Below, piece after piece: positions 19,561 to 30,717 of a stretch of 64,000 bases of DNA; the stretch's first letter is position 1; every line of letters begins with the position of its first letter. The notes beneath the pieces are model-generated. The model was not told where the DNA came from. It ran no database searches and saw nothing but the letters and a program-made list of their open reading frames with translations. Where the stretch lies: the NCBI GenBank assembly GCA_937995595.1, contig CALKJW010000014.1, positions 4,876 to 68,875 on the forward strand. The letters are read 5' to 3'. The stretch comes from an uncultured Phycisphaerales bacterium. Its GTDB lineage: Bacteria; Planctomycetota; Phycisphaerae; Phycisphaerales; UBA1924. The translations under genes and the position numbers were made by a program.

Positions 19561-20148
19561 ATGTCCGTCGCTCCGTCATTCCGCCGCATCGACTTTGACG
19601 AGATCGACTCGACGAGCCTGCACGCGCGCCGGCTGGTCGAGGCGGGCGCGCCCGAGGTTGCGTCACCGGATCCGCTGGTCATCGTCGCGGCGACGCAGAC
19701 CGCGGGCGTGGGGCGGCTCGGGCGGGCGTGGAGCAGCCCGCGCGGCGGGCTGTGGTGCACGTTCGTGCTGCGGCCTTCGCGGCCGTACGCGGAGGTGAGC
19801 GACGGGCTGGGCATGCGCATCGGCGCGGCGGTGACGGAGGCCCTGCGTGCCGCGGTCGGTCCGGCGCACGCGGCGCGACTGCAGACCAAGTGGCCCAACG
19901 ACGTGCTGCTCGACGGGCGGAAGGTGTGCGGGGTGCTGACCGAGACCGCGGGCGCGGGCGACGGACTGCGGGTGCTGGTGGGCGTGGGCGTGAACGTCGA
20001 GTGTTCGACCTCGGATGCGCCGGAAGACCTGCGCGAGCGCATCACGACCATGCGCGACGCGCTCGGCGCCGGGCACGCGCCGACGCGTGAGCGCGTGCTG
20101 GCGGAACTGGCGCCGCGCGTGATCGCGGCGGTGGTCGGATGCGAGTGA
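19561..20148 (+). CDS. birA: biotin--[acetyl-CoA-carboxylase] ligase (no N-terminal HTH, group I type)
   Basis: IDSTSLHARR, ATQTAGVGRLGRAWSSPRGGLWCTFVLRP (GRGRxW-type biotin-binding loop), KWPNDVLLDGRKVCGVLTE. Alternative GTG start at 19537. Confidence 0.88.
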   Translation: MSVAPSFRRIDFDEIDSTSLHARRLVEAGAPEVASPDPLVIVAATQTAGVGRLGRAWSSPRGGLWCTFVLRPSRPYAEVSDGLGMRIGAAVTEALRAAVGPAHAARLQTKWPNDVLLDGRKVCGVLTETAGAGDGLRVLVGVGVNVECSTSDAPEDLRERITTMRDALGAGHAPTRERVLAELAPRVIAAVVGCE

Positions 20149-20162
20149 AGGCAGTTGCGGCG

Positions 20163-20203
20163 GCACAAAAGCAACACCGCCGACGGGTGCGCCGTCGGCG
20201 GTG
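20163..20203 (-). terminator. intrinsic terminator for the HU gene (hairpin shared with convergent birA)
   Basis: 12-bp stem CACCGCCGACGG / CCGTCGGCGGTG (20175-20186 / 20192-20203), 5-nt loop. On the minus strand it is followed by TTGCTTTTGTG. On the plus strand it is followed by cgaggttctttg (weaker). Confidence 0.6.
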
Positions 20204-20262
20204 CGAGGTTCTTTGATGCGCTGACCCGATGGCACCGACCCGAAGGTCAGCGGCACGATGGA

Positions 20263-20637
20263 TCAGACCATGTCCTTCAGGCCCTTGAGGGGGCGGACCT
20301 TGATGACGGTGCGGGCCGGCTTGGCCTTCACGGTCATCATCTCGCCGGGGTTGAAGGGGTTGGGCTTGGTCGTGGCCTTGGTGGCGGGCTTGTAGATCGA
20401 CTGGACCTTCATCATGCCGGGCACGACGAAGATGCGGGGCTTGCCGTCGCTGGGCTTGGCGAGGTCGACGGCCATGACCTTGCCGAGGGCCTCGAACACG
20501 CCGGCGACCTGCTTGCGGGTCAGGTCGGTGTGCTCGGCGAGGATGTTGTACAACTCGCTCTTCTTGCGGGGCTTGCTGGCCTGCGTGAGTTTCGCGGGCT
20601 TCTTGGCAGCGGGCTTGGCAGCGGTCTTCTTCGCCAT
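20263..20637 (-). CDS. HU family DNA-binding protein with Lys/Ala-rich N-terminal tail
   Basis: MAKKTAAKPAAKKPAKLTQASKPRKKSELYNILAEHTDLTRKQVAGVFEALGKVMA...FVVPGMMKVQSIYKPATKATTKPNPFNPGEMMTVKAKPARTVIKVRPLKGLKDMV. ATG 20637 is preceded by GGAGAAG; an alternative ATG lies at 20649. The ORF-track ATG at 20706 falls inside the candidate promoter spacer. Confidence 0.88.
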   Translation of the reverse strand: MAKKTAAKPAAKKPAKLTQASKPRKKSELYNILAEHTDLTRKQVAGVFEALGKVMAVDLAKPSDGKPRIFVVPGMMKVQSIYKPATKATTKPNPFNPGEMMTVKAKPARTVIKVRPLKGLKDMV

Positions 20638-20694
20638 CGTCTTCTCCATGGAAAAAGGGACTTTGTGGCCGGTTGCTCCATCAACCGGGGCGTT

Positions 20695-20723
20695 GTTGTA
20701 CACCATTTGCCGGTAATCTTCAA
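20695..20723 (-). promoter_or_regulatory. candidate promoter of the HU gene
   Basis: On the minus strand: TTGAAG (20723..20718), 17-nt spacer, TACAAC (20700..20695). Based on motif resemblance only. Confidence 0.3.
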
Positions 20724-20751
20724 CTCCGCGGGTGTGGAAAACCTCGGTTTT

Positions 20752-21522
20752 CTACGGGCGCAAGGCCCGTTTCCGACCGCGCGGACGCGAGCGGCCGGTA
20801 GCCTCAGTCCGGCCGACCTCCTCCAGCGCCTCGGCCAGAGACGAGACAATCGCGGCCTGCACGGCCTTCCACCGCGCCCCGGAACGCACCAGTCGCTGGT
20901 TGATCTCGAGTTCGATTCCCACGTAGCGATCGGGCTGAAACCGGCCTCGGAGGCTGGTTGTATGGCCATCCGAGGTTCCGAGATAGGGGTAGTTCATGCG
21001 GACGCGCAGGGCGGGCGCGTGACGGGCGAGCGCGGCTCTCCAAGCCGCGGCCAGCGACCGTTCACCCGCTCGGCGCGGGTCGTACAGCAGGCCGATGTCC
21101 GCGTTCCGTCGCACCCTCTCAAGCACGGGCGCGAAACTGTGGACCGACACGTGCACCGCTCGATTTCCGGCCCGAATCGTGCCGGAAACCCGCTCGGCGA
21201 CGCGTCGGCGGAAGGGGCGGTAGTAGCGTTCGAGGAGCCGCTCGCGCTGGTCGGGCAGGAGCGCGGCCGTCCATCGCGACACGATGCGAGGGTGAGTCTC
21301 GGAGCGGTTCAGGTCGACCACGAGGCGCGAGACAGTGGAGAAATCGAGCGAAGCGCCGAGCACGCTGGCCATGCGGCGGGCCAGCGGCAGCGCGCCGGGG
21401 TCCCACCCGCGGTGCGTGCGCAGCGTGCCCGCGGCGCGTGCGAACAGCGAGCGGTGCCGCGCGGGCACGCGGTTGCCGCCGTGCTCGCAGGTGACGATCA
21501 ACCGGTCAGCGCGGCGATTCAC
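20752..21522 (-). CDS. N-formylglutamate amidohydrolase family protein
   Basis: LIVTCEHGGNRVP, HRGWDPGA, VVDLNRS, VHVSVHSFAP, DIGLLYDP, NYPYLGTSDGHTT, IELEINQ. The GTG start at 21522 overlaps the upstream gene by 17 nt; an alternative TTG lies at 21501. Confidence 0.85.
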   Translation of the reverse strand: MNRRADRLIVTCEHGGNRVPARHRSLFARAAGTLRTHRGWDPGALPLARRMASVLGASLDFSTVSRLVVDLNRSETHPRIVSRWTAALLPDQRERLLERYYRPFRRRVAERVSGTIRAGNRAVHVSVHSFAPVLERVRRNADIGLLYDPRRAGERSLAAAWRAALARHAPALRVRMNYPYLGTSDGHTTSLRGRFQPDRYVGIELEINQRLVRSGARWKAVQAAIVSSLAEALEEVGRTEATGRSRPRGRKRALRP

Positions 21523-22762
21523 CGAGCATCCTTCCGCTTGCGGCGCAGTCGCACAACTCGCCGTAGACCCTGGTCAGATCGGAGCGCGGGATCTGGGCGC
21601 GCCGGCCGCCGAGAGCGTGCGCGATGCGCTGCGCCAGCGTGCCGCGGTCGAGGATGAGGCGCAGGGGCGCGAGGGTCTCGTCGTCGCGCCACGGCAGGCC
21701 CGCGCGGTCGAGCAGGTGCGCCCAGAGATGGTCGGCGCGGCAGCGCGGCGCGGCGGTGAAGCCCAGCGCGCGGAGGTAGTCCGCGTCGGCGATCTCCGCC
21801 GCGCCCGCGTCGCGGATGCACGGGTCGAGCACGCGGACCAGCGGGTCGATCCCCCACTGCCGCTGCGCGGCCAGCGGGCACGGCCCCTCGGCCGCGAGCC
21901 ACCGCAGCACGCCGACGACGGCGCGGACGATCGCGAGGTCGGCGCGCGGGCACTCCTGCACGTCCATGACGCGGATCTCGACCGAGCCGCGGTCGAACCG
22001 TGCGATTGCGCCGCGCGAGTTCATCCACTCGGGCTTCATGAGGCCCGAGCCGTCGAGCCGCGCCACGTCGCGCGCGATCGGGTCCATGATGACGCGCTGG
22101 TAGTCGTCGCGCGTGAAGACCGGCTCGGGGATCACGCGCCCCGAGAGCGACGGCACCGCGGACTGGTTGGCACGGTAGACCTCGAGCCTGTTGCAGGCGA
22201 CGCCGGTCAGGCGGCCGTCCATCACCGGGCTGGCGGCGCACAGCGCGGGCAGCAGCGGCAGCACGATCCGCACCGCCGCGTGCAGGCGTGCGAACTCCTC
22301 GTCGCCGTCGAACGGCAGGTTCAGGTGCACGCTCTGCAGGTTGGCCCAGCCGTGCCGGCGGCAGTCGAACAGGCGGTGGAAGTTGGCGTAGACGTCGTGG
22401 TACTCGTGCGGCCAGAGGACGGTTTCGCGGCGCGGGTCCATCCACGGGTGCATCGCGCCGGGCATGATGCGCACCGGCGGGGCCAGCGCGCGGCCCAGGC
22501 GGTGGATCTCGCCGATGTTGGCCGCGAAGTCGGCCGCGGCGGAGGAGAGGTCCGGGCGGGGCTCGGTGGTCTTGATCTCGACGACGTGCGCGACAAGTTC
22601 GTTGGACCACGACACGGCGCGGAGGGCCTCGATCTCGCTGTGGGGTTCGCCGGCGCGCGCGGCGATGACGCGGTCGACGACGGGCGCGACGTCGAGCGTC
22701 GCCGCGTCGACGAGCATGTATTCGAGTTCGACCCCGAAGGCTTCAAACAGTCGCAGCGGCAC
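21506..22762 (-). CDS. carboxylate-amine ligase, glutamate-cysteine ligase family 2 (GCS2/YbdK-like)
   Basis: FGVELEYMLVD, SNELVAHVVEIKT, MHPWMDP, NLQSVHLNLPF, VIPEPVFT. GTG start 12 nt after the RimK-like stop, preceded by GGAGAG. Confidence 0.85.
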   Translation of the reverse strand: MPLRLFEAFGVELEYMLVDAATLDVAPVVDRVIAARAGEPHSEIEALRAVSWSNELVAHVVEIKTTEPRPDLSSAAADFAANIGEIHRLGRALAPPVRIMPGAMHPWMDPRRETVLWPHEYHDVYANFHRLFDCRRHGWANLQSVHLNLPFDGDEEFARLHAAVRIVLPLLPALCAASPVMDGRLTGVACNRLEVYRANQSAVPSLSGRVIPEPVFTRDDYQRVIMDPIARDVARLDGSGLMKPEWMNSRGAIARFDRGSVEIRVMDVQECPRADLAIVRAVVGVLRWLAAEGPCPLAAQRQWGIDPLVRVLDPCIRDAGAAEIADADYLRALGFTAAPRCRADHLWAHLLDRAGLPWRDDETLAPLRLILDRGTLAQRIAHALGGRRAQIPRSDLTRVYGELCDCAASGRMLGESPR

Positions 22763-22774
22763 GTCGGCTCTCCG

Positions 22775-24250
22775 TCAGACCTTTGCGCGGCCCTCGCGGC
22801 GCGCCTCCATGCGCGACAGGAAGACCTGCATCACGCGCAGGTACAGGTCCTTGCCGAGCACCTTGTCCTCGTACCCCGAGTCGATGTTGGGGTTGTCGTT
22901 GACCTCGATCACGTAGACCTTGCCGTCGACCTGCTTGACGTCGACGCCGTAGAGCCCGTCGCCGACATGGCCGGCCGCGCGGACCGCGGCGGACACGACC
23001 CTGCGCGGGGCCTCTTCGACGGGCACCGCCTCGACCTTGCCGAACTCCTTCTCGCCCGAGCGGGTGGTCGTGACGATCTGCCAGTGGCCTTTGGCCATGT
23101 GGTACTTGCAGACAAACAGCGGCTTGCCGTCGAGCACGCCGACGCGCCAGTCGTACTCGGACGGGACGAACTCCTGCGCGATCACGAGGTCGGAGCCCTC
23201 GAGCAGTTGGCGGGTCTGCCGCTCGAGCATCGCCGGGTCGGTCGCCTTGAGCACGCCCTGGCTGAAGGCCGAGTCGGGCTGCTTGAGCACGCAGGGAAAG
23301 CCGACGTAGAGCGGGATGTCCTCGATGTTGTCCTTGTGCGCGATGAAGGTGCGCGGGTGGCCGATGTCGTGGCGTTCGAGCATCTCGGCGAGGAAGACCT
23401 TGTTCGAGCAGCGCACGATGGACTCGGGGTCGTCGATGACGACCAGCCCCTCGGCCGCGGCCCGGCGCGAGAAGCGGTAGGTGTGGTGGTTGACGCGGGT
23501 GGTCTCGCGGATGAACAGGCCGTCGAACTCGGCGAGGCGCGCGTAGTCGTCGCGGGTGATGAGGTCGGCCTCGATGCCCAGTTCGCGCGCGGCGCGGACG
23601 AACTTCTCGATCGCCCCGTCGTTGGAGGGCCTCGCGTCCTCCTCGGGGTTGTGGAGGATGGCCAGGTCGAATCGCGACGCGCCGCGGCCGACGCCCGCGC
23701 CGGCGCGTCGGCGGCCGGCGAAGTACTCCTGCGCCACCTCGAGCAGGAACGGTCGGTGGTCGGCGGGCACGTCGCCGACGGGGATGGGCGCGATGCTGCT
23801 GAGCGTCCAGGTCTTCTCGCGGACGAACTCGGCACGCAGCAGCGGCGCGGGGAAGAGGTTGAAGAGTTTGAGCGCCAGGCGGTCGTACTTCCGCGCCAGG
23901 TTGCGACCGAAGTAGACCGAGAGCGTGAAGGCGTCGGACCCCAGGTGCGCCAGGTGGTCCTCGATGGCCTCCTCGAGGTCGTCGGCCGCGAGGCGGAGCA
24001 TGGTCGGGCTCTTGAGGTCCTGGATGGTCGTGATGCTGGGCATGGGCCGGTGCCCGCGCGCCTCGGCGAGGAGCGAGACGTAGTAGCCCAGCGACTGGTA
24101 GCGGTACGACTTGCAGAGGTTGAAGACCTTGACGCCGCGGAGGTCGCTGAAGCGCGCCTCGGAGACGTACCCGCGGGCCGACACCACCTCGACGCCGGGC
24201 ACGTGCAGCGGCCACTTGTCGGGCGAGTTGACGACGATCAGGATCGACAC
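22775..24250 (-). CDS. RimK-type ATP-grasp ligase with N-terminal RLAN-like domain
   Basis: N-terminal ...NLCKSYRYQSLGYYVSLLAEARGHRP... ATP-grasp half: SNKVFLAEML, GFPCVLKQPDSAFSQGV, LVIAQEFVPSEYDWRVGVLDGKPLFVCKY, YGVDVKQVDGKVYVIEVNDNP. GTG start 4 nt after the upstream stop. Confidence 0.9.
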   Translation of the reverse strand: MSILIVVNSPDKWPLHVPGVEVVSARGYVSEARFSDLRGVKVFNLCKSYRYQSLGYYVSLLAEARGHRPMPSITTIQDLKSPTMLRLAADDLEEAIEDHLAHLGSDAFTLSVYFGRNLARKYDRLALKLFNLFPAPLLRAEFVREKTWTLSSIAPIPVGDVPADHRPFLLEVAQEYFAGRRRAGAGVGRGASRFDLAILHNPEEDARPSNDGAIEKFVRAARELGIEADLITRDDYARLAEFDGLFIRETTRVNHHTYRFSRRAAAEGLVVIDDPESIVRCSNKVFLAEMLERHDIGHPRTFIAHKDNIEDIPLYVGFPCVLKQPDSAFSQGVLKATDPAMLERQTRQLLEGSDLVIAQEFVPSEYDWRVGVLDGKPLFVCKYHMAKGHWQIVTTTRSGEKEFGKVEAVPVEEAPRRVVSAAVRAAGHVGDGLYGVDVKQVDGKVYVIEVNDNPNIDSGYEDKVLGKDLYLRVMQVFLSRMEARREGRAKV

Positions 24251-24254
24251 GTGG

Positions 24255-25016
24255 TCACGCCTTGCCCTTGTGCCTGTCGGGTCGGACCCGGCCGCGGCGG
24301 GAATCGCCGTCCTCCGAGCGCGGCTCGATGACGAGCATGTCCGCGTCGTGCGTCAGGATGCCCAGCAGGATGGAGCACACCAGTCTGTCGATATCCACGA
24401 CGTACTGCAGACCCTGGAACGCCGGGTTGGGGTGCATGGGGTCGGCGACGAGGACTGTGCGGTCTTCTTTGTCGTACCCGCACAGGACGACGAAGTGCCC
24501 CTGCGGGTCGCCGCGGATGTCGTCGTCGCGCAGGTCGTGGCCCAACTCGCGCATGGTCTGGTAGAGGTAGGTGGAGGAGAGGCCGGAGATGATGGGCGTG
24601 CCGCGGTTGAGGAACTTGCGGATCATCCGCGTGGTCAGGTCCTCGAAGGCGACCTCGCCGCCTGCGCGGAGCAGGTCGAGGTAGGCCTGGTGGGCGCGTC
24701 GGAGGTGGGCGTGGGACTTGAGCTTGGAGCGGGCTTCGAGCCGCGCGGCCATGTCGCGGGGCGAGAGGTCGGCCCAGGTGGGGTCGAAGACCTGCAGGTT
24801 CCACGTGTAGAGCGTGGCGTCGTAGCCGCGGCGGAGCGCGTGCAGGGCGAGGTACGCGGCGTAGGTCCCGCCGTGTTCGAGGCGCTCGACCTCGCGGACG
24901 ACCTTCTCCAACGGGAGACGGTCGTCGTAGTAGCGGTAGACCGCGTGCAGGCAGGTGGGCCCGCAGGTGGTGTCGTCGGGCTGCGGGAGGATGTCGAGTT
25001 CGAGGCGCTGCTTCAT
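24255..25016 (-). CDS. papain-fold (C39-like) cysteine peptidase-like protein, first gene of the ligase operon
   Basis: QPDDTTCGPTCLHAVY (candidate catalytic Cys), ...PQGHFVVLCGYDKEDRTVLVADP (candidate His/Asp). The coding call is solid. The family call is from motif pattern only. Confidence 0.7.
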   Translation of the reverse strand: MKQRLELDILPQPDDTTCGPTCLHAVYRYYDDRLPLEKVVREVERLEHGGTYAAYLALHALRRGYDATLYTWNLQVFDPTWADLSPRDMAARLEARSKLKSHAHLRRAHQAYLDLLRAGGEVAFEDLTTRMIRKFLNRGTPIISGLSSTYLYQTMRELGHDLRDDDIRGDPQGHFVVLCGYDKEDRTVLVADPMHPNPAFQGLQYVVDIDRLVCSILLGILTHDADMLVIEPRSEDGDSRRGRVRPDRHKGKA

Positions 25017-25138
25017 CGGGGTGCGCCCGGGGACTCCGGGGCGCCTCGTACGTGCGGAGCGCGGGCCGCGGCTGACGGGCGGGCCCGGGCGTGTCGCGAG
25101 TATAGTCTGCCGCGCACCGTGTCAGGAGTCGATGCCCG

Positions 25139-26293
25139 ATGAGCCCGTCCCCTCTGGACAGAGCCGAAGCGACGAGCCAAACGGGCACACCTTCAATCGC
25201 CCCCGGCGCGGGTCGGTGCGTGCTGCTGCACGCGTTCGACGTGGCGCACGGGGTCGATCTTGACGAGGCGGAGCGGCTGATCAGCGGGGCGACGGAGCGC
25301 GTCGCCGTGCGGCACACGCGCAAGGCGCCGCCGTACTTTGAGTACAGCCCCGCGCCGCTGCGTGTGACGCGGGCCGCGCCGGCGCTGCAACTGGGCGCGT
25401 TCCGCACCGCGCCCGCGGTCGAGATGGTCGTGTTCGACTTCGGCGCCATCTCGGTGCGTTTCCGCATCGACTTTGACGGCCCGGCGCAGGCCCTGCTGGA
25501 CCTTGCCGAGGCGGTGTTCGACAGCGCGGCGGTGCGCGAGGAAGCGCGCCGGCAGGCCGAGTCGCTGCTGGCGCTGCTGGGCCGGGCTGCGCGCCAGCCG
25601 CGGATGGACCACACGACCGAGGACTACACCGTGTTCCACGTGGGCGCGCTGGCCGACGGGCGCGCCCCCGCCACGCTGCTGCACGAGCGTCCCGCGCTGC
25701 TGGCGCAGGTGCTCCGCTGCGAGCGGCAGGAGATGTCCGACGACGAACTGCGCGACGCGCTGGCGTGCCGGCTGTCGTACGGGCGCGGCGATGCGATGCT
25801 CGTCGACTGGAACGCGGCGCTGGTGCTCGACCCCGAGGCCGAGGAAGCGGTGACGGTGCTCGAGTTCGCCAACGTCGAACTGCTGGAGTTGCGCATCCTC
25901 GACGACCGGCTCGACGCGCAACTCGAAGAGGCGTACCGCACGCTGACGGAGCAGGAGGGCCGCCGGCGTTGGTGGATCCTGCCGCCGCGCGCCGGCGCGC
26001 TCACGCGGATCGGCCGGCTGCAGGTGGACAGCGCGCTGCTGTTCGAGAACGTGAACAACGCGCTGAAACTGATCGGCGACCAGTACCTGGCGCGGCTGTA
26101 CCGGATGACGGCGACGCGTTTCCACCTGCCGGAGCGCGACGAGACCATCGGCCGCAAACTCAGGGCGCTCGAGAGCATCTACGAGAAACTCAGCGACCAT
26201 CAGGCGGGCGTGCGCGCCGACCTGCTGGAGTGGATCATCATCCTGCTGATCGCGCTGTCGATCGTGCTGCCGTTCCTGGGCGTCGGCAAGTAG
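25139..26293 (+). CDS. DUF155 / RMND1-like protein with C-terminal TM helix
   Basis: ...RIGRLQVDSALLFENVNNALKLIGDQYLARLYRM...LRALESIYEKLSDHQAGVRADLLEWIIILLIALSIVLPFLG matches the remembered DUF155 C-terminal pattern (RLEWIII.LI). Transcribed divergently from the ligase operon. Confidence 0.7.
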   Translation: MSPSPLDRAEATSQTGTPSIAPGAGRCVLLHAFDVAHGVDLDEAERLISGATERVAVRHTRKAPPYFEYSPAPLRVTRAAPALQLGAFRTAPAVEMVVFDFGAISVRFRIDFDGPAQALLDLAEAVFDSAAVREEARRQAESLLALLGRAARQPRMDHTTEDYTVFHVGALADGRAPATLLHERPALLAQVLRCERQEMSDDELRDALACRLSYGRGDAMLVDWNAALVLDPEAEEAVTVLEFANVELLELRILDDRLDAQLEEAYRTLTEQEGRRRWWILPPRAGALTRIGRLQVDSALLFENVNNALKLIGDQYLARLYRMTATRFHLPERDETIGRKLRALESIYEKLSDHQAGVRADLLEWIIILLIALSIVLPFLGVGK

Positions 26294-26300
26294 AAACACA

Positions 26301-26327
26301 CGGACCCGGGCGGGTGGCCCGGGTCCG
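26301..26327. terminator. bidirectional terminator hairpin between convergent genes
   Basis: CGGACCCGGGC / GCCCGGGTCCG (26301-26311 / 26317-26327), 5-nt loop. The minus-strand tail is TGTGTTTCTA; the plus-strand tail is tgggggtgcttgc. Confidence 0.55.
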
Positions 26328-26369
26328 TGGGGGTGCTTGCGAGATTCGCTGCGCGGGTGCGCGCCGCGG

Positions 26370-27107
26370 TCATTCCTTCTTGGCCGGCTCGGGCTTGGCG
26401 TCGGCGACCTTCCGGCCCTCCTCCTCGGTCATGCGCGTGACCTTCTCGATCACGACGTTCTTGACGGGGGCGTCGCCCATCTGCTGCCGGTTGGCGAAGA
26501 GTTTGGTCGAGGTCTGCACGCTCTTGATCTTGTCGACGGTGTCCATGCCGGAGATGACGCGGCCGAAGACGGCGTAGGCCGCGCCGCCGGAGATGGGCTC
26601 GTCGAGGCGCGCGTTGTCGACGACGTTGATGAAGAACTGGGCGGTGGCCGAGTCGGGGTCGTTGGTGCGGGCCATCGCGATGGTGCCGCGCTTGTTCTTC
26701 AGGCCGTTGCGCCACTCGTTCTTGATGGGCTTGTCGGTGTCCTTCTGCTTGAGGTCCTCGGTGAACCCGCCGCCCTGGATCATGAACCCGTCGATGACGC
26801 GGTGGAAGATCGTGTTGTCGTAGAACCCCTTGTCCACGTAGTTCAGGAAGTTCTTGACCGTGATCGGGGCCTTCTCGTGGTTGAGTTCGAGGACGATGTC
26901 GCCCATCGAGGTCTTCATCTTGACGTACACGAGTTTGGCCTCCTCTTTGGGTTTGTCCTCGGTCTTCTCGTCGGTCTTGGGCTTGTCGCCCTCGGGCTGC
27001 TTGGCCGGCGCGGGCGTGGCGCCCGTGTCCTGCGCGGGAGCGAACGAAACGGGCAGGCACAGGGCCGCGGCGGCGATCAGCGAGAGCACGGAGAGTCGGG
27101 TCTTCAT
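26370..27107 (-). CDS. secreted cyclophilin-type peptidyl-prolyl cis-trans isomerase
   Basis: Signal peptide [27 protein letters not shown], Lys/Glu/Pro linker, then [72 protein letters not shown]. Confidence 0.93.
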   Translation of the reverse strand: MKTRLSVLSLIAAAALCLPVSFAPAQDTGATPAPAKQPEGDKPKTDEKTEDKPKEEAKLVYVKMKTSMGDIVLELNHEKAPITVKNFLNYVDKGFYDNTIFHRVIDGFMIQGGGFTEDLKQKDTDKPIKNEWRNGLKNKRGTIAMARTNDPDSATAQFFINVVDNARLDEPISGGAAYAVFGRVISGMDTVDKIKSVQTSTKLFANRQQMGDAPVKNVVIEKVTRMTEEEGRKVADAKPEPAKKE

Positions 27108-27203
27108 GGCGGTGGGTCCTGCTGAAAAGTGCGTGCTTGGGTGCGGATGGTAGGCCGCGGGGTTGTACCGGCGACCTGCGCGTGCGCGGCACGTCGGGCG
27201 GGT

Positions 27204-29318
<2,115 letters not shown>

Positions 29319-29391
29319 GCCGGGCCTCCTGGGCTACAGCATAATCGCGTCGCCGCCGGGGCGCGCATCGATCGGGCGAGGTCGGGGCCGT

Positions 29392-30657
29392 TCACACGCC
29401 GAGCATCAGGCGCGCGGGGTCCTCGATGCAGTTCTTGACCGTGACGAGGAACTGCACGGCCTCGGCGCCGTCGACCAGCCGGTGGTCGTAGGACAGGGCG
29501 AGGTACATCATCGGGCGGATGGCGACCTGGCCGGGGTGCTTCGGGTCCTCGACGGCGCGGTTCTTGATCGCGTGCATGCCGAGGATGCCGCACTGGGGCG
29601 GGTTGAGGATCGGCGTGCTCATCAGCGAGCCGTAGATGCCGCCGTTGGTGATCGTGAACGTGCCGCCCTGCATGTCGGCGAGCGTGAGTTTGCCGTCGCG
29701 CGCCTTGACCGCCAGGTCCTTGATGCCCTGCTCGATCTGGGCGAAGGACAGACTCTCGCAGTTGCGCAGCACCGGGACGACCAGGCCCCTGGGCGTGCCG
29801 ACGGCGACCGCGACGTGCACGCCGTCGTGGTGCTCGATCTCGAGTTCGCCGGTCGCCGCGTTCTGCACGATCGACGCGTTCACGAGCGGGAACGCGCGGA
29901 CCGCGTTGACCACGGCCTTGACGAAGAACGACATGAAACCCAGGCCGATGCCGTGCTTCTTCTCGAACGATTCCTTGTACTGCTTCCGCAGGTCCATGAC
30001 CGCGGACATGTCGCACTCGTTGAAGGTCGTGAGCATCGCCGCCGTGTGCTGGGCCTCGACGAGGCGCGCCGCAATCCGCTGGCGCAACTGCGACATCTTC
30101 TCGCGCCGCACCCCGCCCTCGGGCGCGGCCGTTGTCGGCCGAGCGGCGGCGGGCGCGGCGGCGACCGCCGTTGAACCCTTGCCGCGCGACTCCACGGCCT
30201 CGCGCACGTCGCGCTCGCTGACACGCCCGCCCGGCCCGGTGCCGACGATGCCCGACAGGTCGATGCCGTGCTCCTCGGCGAGTTTGCGGGCCACCGGCGT
30301 GGCGCGTGCATCGGCGTGCGGGGCGTGACCGTTGGCCGCGGCGGGTGCGGCGGCCTTGGCGGGCGCGGCGGGAGCGGGCGCGGCGGGAGCGGGCGCGGCG
30401 GCCGCGCCGCCCGCGGGTTCCGCGGCTTCGTCGATGCGGCCGACGATCGCGCCGACCTTGACGGTGTCGCCTTCCTTGGCGCCCGGCTGCAGCACGCCCG
30501 ATGCCGGCGCGGGGATCTCGGCGGTGATCTTGTCCGTCTCCAGTTCGAGGACCGTCTCGTCGCGCCGGACGAACTCGCCCGGCTTCTTGCGCCACGCGGC
30601 GATCACGCCCTGGGTCACGGATTCGCCCATCTCCGGGATCACGATGTTGGTCGGCAT
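29392..30657 (-). CDS. sucB: 2-oxoglutarate dehydrogenase E2, dihydrolipoyllysine-residue succinyltransferase
   Basis: Lipoyl domain ...[21 protein letters not shown], Ala/Pro linker, E3-binding [26 protein letters not shown], catalytic ...[19 protein letters not shown]. Confidence 0.95.
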   Translation of the reverse strand: MPTNIVIPEMGESVTQGVIAAWRKKPGEFVRRDETVLELETDKITAEIPAPASGVLQPGAKEGDTVKVGAIVGRIDEAAEPAGGAAAAPAPAAPAPAAPAKAAAPAAANGHAPHADARATPVARKLAEEHGIDLSGIVGTGPGGRVSERDVREAVESRGKGSTAVAAAPAAARPTTAAPEGGVRREKMSQLRQRIAARLVEAQHTAAMLTTFNECDMSAVMDLRKQYKESFEKKHGIGLGFMSFFVKAVVNAVRAFPLVNASIVQNAATGELEIEHHDGVHVAVAVGTPRGLVVPVLRNCESLSFAQIEQGIKDLAVKARDGKLTLADMQGGTFTITNGGIYGSLMSTPILNPPQCGILGMHAIKNRAVEDPKHPGQVAIRPMMYLALSYDHRLVDGAEAVQFLVTVKNCIEDPARLMLGV

Positions 30658-30717
30658 AGGTGTGGGTCGCGGGTGGTCTTCGTGTGCTGGTCGAATCGCG
30701 TGCGGTCAGGAACCGCG

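Noticed and set aside
21335-24331. 998-aa plus-strand ORF across the ligase operon, and minus-strand alternate frames 21519..22610 and 22743..24215
   Set aside because: These are antisense or off-frame to GCS2, RimK and FGase genes that have clear catalytic motifs. Their composition is low-complexity and Arg/Asp/Gly-rich.
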